Source: Escherichia phage EC115 | Reading direction: 5' to 3' (one strand) | Sequence record: NC_073080.1 | Length of the DNA stretch: 44,849 nt | Program-made: the position numbers and the translations under genes | Notes under the pieces: model-generated | Seen by the model: only the letters and a program-made list of their open reading frames with translations | Told to the model about the DNA's origin: nothing | The model's database searches: none | Part shown: piece after piece, positions 36,289 to 43,597 of the stretch | Position numbering within the stretch: position 1 is the stretch's first letter | Layout of the letters: the number at the start of each line of letters is the position of its first letter

Positions 36289-36828
36289 TTAGTCTTCCAG
36301 TTCGAAATAAGTTTCGACGATTTCTTTTAGCTCTGTGTGGAAGTCTTCGACGTCGTCATCTTCCAGCTTGGCGATTGATTTGATCTCGAACGATTCCAGA
36401 AGGTCGTCGAATTCGTCGTTGGCATCGTCGTCGTCACCACCCGCGATAATAGCGGCGTACTGTTTGATCTCGTCGCGCATCTCCGCCAGCGGATCGGCAT
36501 CTTTCTTACCTTTGCCTTTAGCCGGTGCTTTTTTGGTTTTCGCCGGTTTTACGTCATCGGCATCGTCGTCGTCGTCATCTTCTACGACTTCTTTTTTGGC
36601 TTTACCTTTAGACTTGGTTTCTTTTGCCGCGCCTTTTTTCGCTTTTGGCGCATCTTCGACTTCGTCCTGGTCGTCGTCTTCGACTTCAGTCTCCGGCTTG
36701 GCCTTGCCTTTCTTAGCTGTGCCGTTTGCTTTTGGGTCTACGGCAGCGCCAACGGTTTCATAATGCTTAGCGATGGTTTCCAGTGCTACTACGCCGCGAG
36801 TAATCAGGTTTACGATTTGTTCAAACAT
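36289..36828 (-). CDS. Highly charged low-complexity protein (alternating Lys-rich and Asp/Glu-rich blocks)
   Basis: 179 aa; first gene of the leftward operon with GGAG RBS; long poly-acidic runs interleaved with KKGKAK-type basic stretches. Confidence 0.6.
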   Translation of the reverse strand: MFEQIVNLITRGVVALETIAKHYETVGAAVDPKANGTAKKGKAKPETEVEDDDQDEVEDAPKAKKGAAKETKSKGKAKKEVVEDDDDDDADDVKPAKTKKAPAKGKGKKDADPLAEMRDEIKQYAAIIAGGDDDDANDEFDDLLESFEIKSIAKLEDDDVEDFHTELKEIVETYFELED

Positions 36829-37026
36829 GTTTTATATCTCCGATTGGTTAAGTTTAGGTGTCGACCATTAACTTCGTCGGTGGCCTTAACATATTGCCAG
36901 GTTACGCGTTCTCCCGTTCGGGTAGTGGACCTGGTTATATAATCACGGTTGGGAATCCTGACACTTCGATCCGGCCCCTGCGTTGCCCCTCTCCAGTTTG
37001 CGTCCTGCATCCTGTCGACGAGGTGA

Positions 37027-37055
37027 ATATTAGATTGGTTGCATGAGGGAGTCAA
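37027..37055 (-). promoter_or_regulatory. Leftward sigma70-like promoter for the early/replication operon
   Basis: Minus strand TTGACT-N17-TAATAT; overlaps a TTGGTTGCA 9-mer. Confidence 0.5.
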
Positions 37056-37063
37056 CAACTAAT

Positions 37064-37101
37064 TTCAAAAAAAAAGCGCCGAAGCAAAATGCGACGGCGC
37101 T
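37064..37101 (-). terminator. Strong leftward intrinsic terminator (orphan, upstream of the leftward promoter)
   Basis: On the minus strand AGCGCCG-14 nt loop-CGGCGCU followed by nine U (the A9 run on the plus strand). Confidence 0.6.
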
Positions 37102-37125
37102 AACCAATAAGAGACAATGAGACGG
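37067..37125 (-). ncRNA. Candidate small RNA (about 55 nt) ending at the orphan terminator
   Basis: Candidate leftward promoter at about 37131-37158 (TTGAAA-N17-AATAAT on the minus strand) lies about 30 nt upstream of the hairpin; no ORF. Hypothetical. Confidence 0.25.
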
Positions 37126-37170
37126 GAGTATTATTACACGCGTGCGCGCCCGTTTCAATATCCAAAGGAT

Positions 37171-37199
37171 TTGACACCTTGTGGTTTTAGGTGTAGTTT
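37171..37199 (+). promoter_or_regulatory. Rightward promoter for the HTH/primase operon
   Basis: TTGACA-N17-TAGTTT, then GAGGG RBS before the ATG at 37231; divergent from the leftward promoters. Confidence 0.45.
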
Positions 37200-37230
37200 C
37201 GTTGGTCATTAACCAACTGAGGGCAGAGCA

Positions 37231-37560
37231 ATGAATGTAAACGACGCAATCGAAATGTTAACGACGACTGTTAGCAGTGAAACAAGCCGGTCATGGGCTT
37301 ATACCGATGCCGTTGGGGCGGTGCTATTTGAGGTCGAGCGCCTGCGCAGTGTAGAAAAAGAATTACGCGCCAGGCTGGAATTGCTCAACGGTACGGCGGC
37401 GAGCAAGCTACAAAAACACAATGAAGAAATGGAAGAATACAAAAAGCAGGTTATCCGTTTGCGCGCCGAGGGCAAATCCTGGGCGATGATTGCCGAGTTG
37501 ACCGGAATTAATCAGAGCACAGTGCGCTCTTGGGTACGCAATAACAAAACTTCTAAGTAA
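37231..37560 (+). CDS. HTH DNA-binding protein (putative regulator)
   Basis: 109 aa; helical N-terminus and C-terminal HTH-like segment (SWAMIAELTGINQSTVRSW). Confidence 0.6.
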   Translation: MNVNDAIEMLTTTVSSETSRSWAYTDAVGAVLFEVERLRSVEKELRARLELLNGTAASKLQKHNEEMEEYKKQVIRLRAEGKSWAMIAELTGINQSTVRSWVRNNKTSK

Positions 37561-37570
37561 GGCCACGGCA

Positions 37571-39835
37571 ATGAGCTTAATTAAATTCGCTGTAACAAGA
37601 CCCGCTAAAAAAGGCGAAAAAGCCAGGGCGGAAAACTTCCAGATGACGACCGATGAGTTTTTCGAATTTATCAAAGATGCGAAAGAAATCTCCTCGGTGC
37701 ATATCAACAAGACGGAAGATAAAGCCGAGTATGCGCGCCGCAAGCGTAAGGCCGACGGCATCGTGGCGTATACCAGTGACGGATTGCGTCGTAAGACCAG
37801 TGCGGTGGACCGCTCGATCCTGTTCTTTGATATCGACCGCACCGACACTCGCACCTTGCGCCGCTGCCGTAAGGCTTTCATCGATGCGGGTCTGGAACAC
37901 GTATTCCACACCACTACGGGCGACCGCCACCCGCTGAAGGGCGGAACGCGTTGCGCCCGATTCCTGGTGCTCACTGACAAGCCTGTCCCGGCGGAAGACC
38001 TGGGCCGTGTCCAGTATGCGCTATTACACCAACTTGGTCTGTCAGATGTGGACTTCGACGATTGCACGAAAGACACAAACCGCCTGATGTACCTGCCACA
38101 CCAGCAGTCTGTTATTAAGTGCCACTACGGAAAACGTGCCCGAGTCCGTCGTCTGCTTCGCCTGGCGGATAAGTTGGGCGTGGAGAAGGAGGAAGTACGC
38201 CGCGAACTAACCCAGGGCGATGACGCAGTGGCAGACGGCATTCTGGACTGGTGCTTCCAGGCAGGATTCGAGGAGTTATCTTCCGGTCGCGGTTATGAAG
38301 TGCCGTGCCCGAACGAACATCTGCACAGCGGCGAAGGGTCGACGGCTATCATGGTCAAGGATGGCGAGATCCGTTTCAAGTGTATGCACACCGGCAACGA
38401 GTGTTGCTCGGAACTGAATAGACACCAGCACCTGGCGCTGCGTCTTATCGGGATCCCTGACCACCTGAACGTCGAGCCACACAACATGTCCCGTAAGCAA
38501 ATCGCCGCCATCCTTCCGGGGCTGGACGACGAGGAAGTCGAATCCTTATATGAACATATTGTTGATGCGGTTGGCGACGGCGAAGAATACGGCGTGTGCA
38601 CCGATGCGGATCTGGATAACGAGCCGGTTGCGCTGTTCAGCAAGCACGACCCGATCATCGAGGGGTTGATTAACTTCAAATCGACCTGGTACATGGCGGG
38701 TGAGTCGAATATTGGTAAGTCTTTCTACGTGCTGGGTCAAATGGGCGCTGTTGCCGCCGGTATTCCGTTCGGCGGTGCGAAGGTCGTCCAGTCTCATTGC
38801 TTCTATTTCGATGCGGAAGGTGGTGAAGCCTCCAACCAGCGTAAAGAAGCATTGCAGATTAAATACGAGCACGACCTGGACAAGCTGCACATTATCGATC
38901 TGCAGTCACGCGGCTGGGATATCACCAGCAAATCCGGCTTGCGCGAAGTTATCAGCTTTATCAACCGCACCGCTAACGGCGAACCGGTTGGCCTGGTGGC
39001 GTTCGACTCACTCAACCAGACTGTTGCGCTGCGGTCCGCCGATGCTAAACCGTTCGACGAGAACAACGCCAGCGATATGGGTGAAGTGGTCAAAGCGCTG
39101 AAAGCCATTGCGGAAAATACAGGTGGCAGTGCGGGCGTCATCCACCACCCGGCGAAGGGTGCCAACGGCAGCAGAACCCCACGCGGATCCGGCGCGCTGC
39201 ATGGTGCTGTCGATTCTGCGTTCTTCCTGGAACAGCCGGACGACAACCAGCCCGGACAATTGAACCTGTATCACGAAAAGTCACGTAACGGCATCAAGCA
39301 AGCGCCGCGCGGCTTCGTCCTGCTCAAGTGCAAGGTGAAGGTGGATCTCCGCAAGTCAGAAGCGTTCGAGGTGCACCAGTCCACCAGCACCGGGCCAGAC
39401 TTCGGCGACGTGGTTGCCGGATGGGACGTCAAGCCGATTGCCTCCACGCCACGCGACGAGACTCTCTACCTCGTACCGGTTGCCCTGGCACCGTTCGCTA
39501 TTGAACAGGCGAAGGCCGCGGGCAAAGCAGCAGTTAAAGAAGAGAACACCGCCGGACCGCGCAACGAAAAAGAGAAAGTGCTTTATGCGGCACTGGAAAA
39601 ACTGATGGAAGATAACCCGGACCATACTGGATTCAGTAAATCGGCAATTGTCCGCCAGGCTGGGCTGGCAAAAGGTGGCACTTCGACGAAGGCAATCGAC
39701 GATATGGTAGAGCGCGGAGTGATAGGTTTTTACACCGATCCGCACACTGGGGCCATCTATGGGTCGTCTAATTTGGTCATCAAATCGGATATCCCCATCA
39801 CGCTTTCAGCGACCGATGACGATTTAAAAGATTAA
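37571..39835 (+). CDS. DNA primase / RecA-like P-loop helicase with C-terminal winged-helix-like domain
   Basis: 754 aa; N-terminal acidic FFDIDRTD motif, Cys/His zinc-binding segment, Walker A GESNIGKS and Walker B-like FYFDAEGG, C-terminal ~120 aa resembling a winged helix. Confidence 0.75.
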   Translation: MSLIKFAVTRPAKKGEKARAENFQMTTDEFFEFIKDAKEISSVHINKTEDKAEYARRKRKADGIVAYTSDGLRRKTSAVDRSILFFDIDRTDTRTLRRCRKAFIDAGLEHVFHTTTGDRHPLKGGTRCARFLVLTDKPVPAEDLGRVQYALLHQLGLSDVDFDDCTKDTNRLMYLPHQQSVIKCHYGKRARVRRLLRLADKLGVEKEEVRRELTQGDDAVADGILDWCFQAGFEELSSGRGYEVPCPNEHLHSGEGSTAIMVKDGEIRFKCMHTGNECCSELNRHQHLALRLIGIPDHLNVEPHNMSRKQIAAILPGLDDEEVESLYEHIVDAVGDGEEYGVCTDADLDNEPVALFSKHDPIIEGLINFKSTWYMAGESNIGKSFYVLGQMGAVAAGIPFGGAKVVQSHCFYFDAEGGEASNQRKEALQIKYEHDLDKLHIIDLQSRGWDITSKSGLREVISFINRTANGEPVGLVAFDSLNQTVALRSADAKPFDENNASDMGEVVKALKAIAENTGGSAGVIHHPAKGANGSRTPRGSGALHGAVDSAFFLEQPDDNQPGQLNLYHEKSRNGIKQAPRGFVLLKCKVKVDLRKSEAFEVHQSTSTGPDFGDVVAGWDVKPIASTPRDETLYLVPVALAPFAIEQAKAAGKAAVKEENTAGPRNEKEKVLYAALEKLMEDNPDHTGFSKSAIVRQAGLAKGGTSTKAIDDMVERGVIGFYTDPHTGAIYGSSNLVIKSDIPITLSATDDDLKD

Positions 39836-39941
39836 ATTTTGCGCGCATTGGTTGCCATTTTGAGTGTTTTTAGCTGGTAGCATTGGTTGCCGTGTAGTGT
39901 GAATATAATGCATAGTTATGCAATAAAACTGCATAAAGTAA

Positions 39942-40099
39942 GCGGGACAAAAAGCGGGACAAACAGGAGGCGGGACAAAGCGGGACAGCACCCCTGTCCC
40001 GCCCCGGATGACGCGGCCTGACGAGGAGCGGGACAGCGGGACAGCACCCCAGTCTTTCAGACTAGACGGGGGGTCTGTCACCCCCCTCGTCTGAGACTG
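39942..40099. repeat. Second iteron array: GCGGGACA(A/G) repeats plus the same ~48 bp imperfect palindrome
   Basis: Six or more GCGGGACA copies; shares GCGGGACAAAGCGGGACAGCACCCCTGTCCC and AGTCTTTCAGACTAGACGGGGG...CCCCCCTCGTCTGAGACTG with the array at 11765-12076. Confidence 0.75.
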
Positions 40100-40258
40100 C
40101 ATAAAATCCAGGATTGCATAACGCACGGCAGCATGTTGCGGATTGCGGTCGTCGATGAACTAGGCAACCAATGCGAGGTGCAGAATGGCGGGCGGGAAAT
40201 GCAGTTTGCAGTCACAGCAGATAGCGATCAACTTTTTCATGCGCGTGATTAATATTGG

Positions 40259-40287
40259 TTGCATTCGGCCTGGCACCTTGCTATATT
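40259..40287 (+). promoter_or_regulatory. Sigma70-like promoter flanked by TTGGTTGCA copies
   Basis: TTGCAT-N17-TATATT; 9-mers at 40255-40263 and 40286-40294; GAGGA RBS before the ATG at 40316. Confidence 0.5.
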
Positions 40288-40315
40288 GGTTGCACACCAA
40301 CATGAGGACTGAACA

Positions 40316-40642
40316 ATGAAAGCGATTATCTGGAATTACGCAATGGCTATGGCGAAGGCACAAGAAGCGGCGGAGTTCGCCGGTGAAGGAGCGGAAGCGG
40401 TCGAAAGACTATCGGCAGCGTGGTCCGTTGTTCGCGTCACGCAGCAGGCCATCGCCTGTATGCTGGAGCGCCGCTTCGACACGATGGCAGAGATCCAGCC
40501 ACTAGCGAACGCAATCCAGGACTACGCGCTTGCATTTGCCCGTGAGCGCCTGGCGTATCGCTTCGGGATCGGTGAGACGGCAGTGACAAACGTCGCCCGG
40601 ATTAAAGCCCAGCGCGAGCTATTCGCCCAGCTTGCGAAATAA
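40316..40642 (+). CDS. Hypothetical protein
   Basis: 108 aa Ala-rich helical protein, first gene downstream of the promoter. Confidence 0.55.
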   Translation: MKAIIWNYAMAMAKAQEAAEFAGEGAEAVERLSAAWSVVRVTQQAIACMLERRFDTMAEIQPLANAIQDYALAFARERLAYRFGIGETAVTNVARIKAQRELFAQLAK

Positions 40643-40651
40643 GGTGCCAAA

Positions 40652-40924
40652 ATGGACCGCAGACGCGCGAAACAGCTTTCGTGGCATATCCCACTGCATT
40701 GCATACGAATATGGGCTAAGAATGCGAATGAGGGCGATTCTGTGTTCTGGAGCTATCGCGACGATGTGAAGCCCCTAACGCAGACCCGCTATCTGCACCA
40801 GTTCGCCAGGGAGCATGGATTCGCTATAAAAACGTCCTTGCAACCAATTGGCATCCGTATTACATTACGCCGGAAGCCCGCCGTTGAGCGGGTAGGCAAA
40901 CACTGGAGACTGAGCAAATGTTGA
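40652..40924 (+). CDS. Hypothetical protein
   Basis: 90 aa basic ORF in operon context. Confidence 0.5.
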   Translation: MDRRRAKQLSWHIPLHCIRIWAKNANEGDSVFWSYRDDVKPLTQTRYLHQFAREHGFAIKTSLQPIGIRITLRRKPAVERVGKHWRLSKC

Positions 40925-41048
40925 TAGGCGGATTCGCGCAGGAGTTTATCTACCTGCATATGTGCGAACTTGACTACAAACAAAACGGCATCGCTACGGT
41001 ATGCGATGGCGACACGAAGACTATCGAAGAGATCGAGGAGACAGAGCA

Positions 41049-41606
41049 ATGAAATTACTATTCCGCCGTAAGCACGATGGTCGCATCCTGAAGCCGATCC
41101 AGACCCTGGATTCCTACGTCCGCTTACAAAACGCGGCAGGCAATCGGGTGTGGCGGGCACCGAAACACACGCTGCCGCAGTTCTTCGACGTACTCACTCA
41201 CGATATCGAGCGCGGCGATGTGCTGCGGGATATTCGCGACGGGCAATTGTGGGTCGTTGAGCACACCAGCCAGCACGGCTTGCGTATGCAGACCCGCAAG
41301 GGCGGCGTAGCGGGTAACGTTCAGAGGGGTATGACCTACTTCGGGCTGGTCAACTACGTGCGCGTAGGCCGGAACTACACACCTAAGCGCCCTGGTGTAG
41401 TGGCGAAAGAGATCACCCGTACGGAACACCCATATACCAAATACGACGAGAGCAAGGTGCGCCAGCGTATCGACAATGCCAGGGCGCTAGCTGCCGCCAT
41501 GATTCAGGCTGGCAACGATGCCAAACGATTTGGGATTGGTGTTATTCTGGTCTACCCCGACGGCAGCATGAAGTCTACCGATCCGCGCGGGGTCATTCAG
41601 AAATGA
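41049..41606 (+). CDS. Hypothetical protein
   Basis: 185 aa from ATG 41049 (GAGGAG RBS; track ORF 41001); no recognised motif. Confidence 0.55.
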   Translation: MKLLFRRKHDGRILKPIQTLDSYVRLQNAAGNRVWRAPKHTLPQFFDVLTHDIERGDVLRDIRDGQLWVVEHTSQHGLRMQTRKGGVAGNVQRGMTYFGLVNYVRVGRNYTPKRPGVVAKEITRTEHPYTKYDESKVRQRIDNARALAAAMIQAGNDAKRFGIGVILVYPDGSMKSTDPRGVIQK

Positions 41607-41813
41607 GTGCGACGATCCGGGATATGCTTCAGCATAACCGCTTTGAGATAGGCGGTCGGGTATTTCGCAATTACTTCGTGGCGCGTGCATGGGCGCGCCA
41701 TATTGGCAAACCGGAAGGGGCAATTCGATGCTATACGTCTTCGCGGTAGTATGTGGCGGTAGTCTGGCGGCCCTGGTGCTGTTGGCGTCGGTTATTAATC
41801 TGGTTAAATACCT

Positions 41814-42113
41814 ATGGGGCAGATTATGATTCATGATGTGATTTATTGGTTTGGTATGGCAAGCATATTATGCCTGGTTACGGGAGCGCTGGGCGCGATA
41901 TGGGTATTCCTGGTATGGCCCGCCGTGGAAGCCGCCAGCATTACCCGCATGACGTTCGAGGTATACAAGCGCCGTGGAATCACGGAGCACCCGACCAGGT
42001 TGCGCATGTGGTGGCTGTGGTATCGGGATATGATTGGGGGCCGGATGTTCGAGGCCGTCAGATCGGAAGGATGGGAGTGGAAAGGCGTCGGCAAGTGGTC
42101 CGTTTTCGATTAA
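41814..42113 (+). CDS. Membrane protein (lysis-associated?)
   Basis: 99 aa with an N-terminal hydrophobic helix and Trp/Arg-rich C-terminus; upstream of the holin. Confidence 0.45.
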   Translation: MGQIMIHDVIYWFGMASILCLVTGALGAIWVFLVWPAVEAASITRMTFEVYKRRGITEHPTRLRMWWLWYRDMIGGRMFEAVRSEGWEWKGVGKWSVFD

Positions 42114-42130
42114 TTATGCAAGCGTGATAT

Positions 42131-42165
42131 AGTCCCAGTGAGATAAAACTTACTGGGACTTTTTT
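42131..42165 (+). terminator. Hairpin plus T-run immediately before the holin start codon
   Basis: AGTCCCAGT-12 nt loop-ACTGGGACT followed by five T, then ATG at 42166. Confidence 0.45.
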
Positions 42166-42456
42166 ATGGATAAGCTAAACGAGTGGTTATTCGCCCTTGC
42201 GTGTCTTGCTGGTGGCTTCGTAGGCGCACGCATTCATGGCGAGGCAACGAAAGGGCCGTTGAACTTCGTTTTATATGTCGTAGTTGGCTTCCTGTGTGCC
42301 ATATTTGGTGCGCCAGCTATTGCCGAGTGGTCTGGTTTGTCCGGTGAGCGCACTGTTGCCGGTTTGGGCTTCGTAACTGCCATCTTCTGGATGCCAATAG
42401 CTGACCGGATCCGGGAGACAATTGCGTCGCTACACCTTCCGGGGGGCGCAAAATGA
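42166..42456 (+). CDS. Holin (putative, three transmembrane segments)
   Basis: 96 aa with three hydrophobic segments and a charged C-terminus; upstream of the endolysin. Confidence 0.55.
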   Translation: MDKLNEWLFALACLAGGFVGARIHGEATKGPLNFVLYVVVGFLCAIFGAPAIAEWSGLSGERTVAGLGFVTAIFWMPIADRIRETIASLHLPGGAK

Positions 42457-42698
42457 TTATCACCGTCCTGTTGTTTGTTATCATAGGGGCTTCGTCCCTG
42501 TTTAACGTGTATGCGCCGTCCGTTCAGGATGGCTTCTTCGGTCGGGTGTTATATCTGCTAACAGCAATGACCTGTATTGTCGGGCTGTTGCAAACGGGAG
42601 ACGTCTCTGATGCCACCTGGACCGCGTTAATCTGGCTGTTTGCATTGCGCACCCTGCGTAATGCTGTTTTGAATGGGGTAAAACATGCGATTCAGTGA
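42453..42698 (+). CDS. Second holin-like membrane protein
   Basis: 81 aa with three hydrophobic segments; ATGA overlap with the holin, overlaps the endolysin start. Confidence 0.5.
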   Translation: MIITVLLFVIIGASSLFNVYAPSVQDGFFGRVLYLLTAMTCIVGLLQTGDVSDATWTALIWLFALRTLRNAVLNGVKHAIQ

Positions 42699-43176
42699 TA
42701 ACGGTCTACGATTTACGGCAGCATGGGAGGCTTTCAGCCCGGTGCCGTATTTCGCGACCAAGAAAGAGCAGGCCCGCGGCCTGTACACCTGGGGTTATGG
42801 GCACACTGGCACTAATCCGCCACGAAGCATTACCCGTGCGGAAGCGCTGGAACTGCTCAAGCGCGATGTGGCGTATGCTGAGGACTGGGTGAACAAATAC
42901 GCACATCCGAGCATTAACCAGGCGCAATTCGACGCGCTGGTGGATCTGGTAATCAACGCCGGTCCAGGTCCGATCGTACCGGATGACGTCGCGAACGACT
43001 TTGATGATGCGGTGCGACTGGGCGACTGGGCGAAGGTACGAGCTACTCTGCCGCAGTTCCGCAAGCAAGGTGGCGAAGTGCTTAAGGGTCTGGTGCGCCG
43101 TGCAATCGGCAGGCAAGCGCTATTCGATGGTAAGCAGTGGGACGTTGCCGAGCGAATCGGTCGTAACGCTGCATAA
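42685..43176 (+). CDS. Endolysin (phage lysozyme-like)
   Basis: 163 aa; E...YTWGYGHTG segment resembling the catalytic region of phage lysozymes; follows the holins. Confidence 0.75.
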   Translation: MRFSDNGLRFTAAWEAFSPVPYFATKKEQARGLYTWGYGHTGTNPPRSITRAEALELLKRDVAYAEDWVNKYAHPSINQAQFDALVDLVINAGPGPIVPDDVANDFDDAVRLGDWAKVRATLPQFRKQGGEVLKGLVRRAIGRQALFDGKQWDVAERIGRNAA

Positions 43177-43192
43177 TACGAGGTGACACGAT

Positions 43193-43360
43193 ATGTTAAA
43201 AAGTATTCTTGATCATAATGCGGACGCGCTTGCTGCACTGGCTAAAACCGAAGACCCTGGCGCACGCGCTATCATCGCGGACACTATCAGCCATGCAGGC
43301 GTCTTCGATGCGAAGCTGCCAAGCCCACCACCGCAGGAGGAATCTGGTCCTGCAGCGTAA
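43193..43360 (+). CDS. Small hypothetical protein
   Basis: 55 aa with GAGG RBS, Pro-rich C-terminus; followed by a terminator. Confidence 0.4.
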   Translation: MLKSILDHNADALAALAKTEDPGARAIIADTISHAGVFDAKLPSPPPQEESGPAA

Positions 43361-43366
43361 ACAATC

Positions 43367-43394
43367 AAGCCCGGATAATTCCGGGCTTTTTATT
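43367..43394 (+). terminator. Intrinsic terminator after lysis cassette
   Basis: AAGCCCGG-ataatt-CCGGGCTT hairpin followed by TTTATT. Confidence 0.65.
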
Positions 43395-43455
43395 GCTTGA
43401 CTCGCAACCAACACAGGGGCCATACTGCAACCAATCAACTGGAGGAGTAATCAAG

Positions 43456-43536
43456 ATGGCACGTAAAGATATTTGGGTATTAGCGATCTGGACCACCGCG
43501 GCTTTTATCGGCATGGTTATTTGCGAATTGATATAG
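43456..43536 (+). CDS. Hydrophobic micro-protein (26 aa)
   Basis: MARKDIWVLAIWTTAAFIGMVICELI with strong GGAGGAG RBS; two GCAACCAA 9-mers upstream. Confidence 0.35.
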   Translation: MARKDIWVLAIWTTAAFIGMVICELI

Positions 43537-43597
43537 CCAGCCGCCATACGGACCGTGGTATATTGTCCACGGTCCACTAATCAGGAATTAATTAAAT

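Noticed and set aside
36335-36763. 142 aa Ser-rich plus-strand ORF
   Set aside because: Antisense image of the charged low-complexity gene 36289..36828 (poly-Ser arises from the complement of Asp/Glu codons); no independent signals.
36810-37058. 82 aa minus-strand ORF in the 36829-37230 intergenic region
   Set aside because: Its start lies upstream of the mapped leftward promoter elements and the sequence is occupied by promoter and terminator motifs; no RBS; treated as non-coding.
40265-40285. Possible sigma54-type promoter (TGGCAC...TTGC)
   Set aside because: Spacing between the GG and GC elements is about 7 nt, not the required 10-11; the sequence fits a sigma70 -35/-10 instead.
40160-40363. 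67 aa minus-strand ORF in the intergenic region upstream of 40316
   Set aside because: Overlaps the rightward promoter and RBS of gene 40316, Cys-rich odd composition, no RBS.
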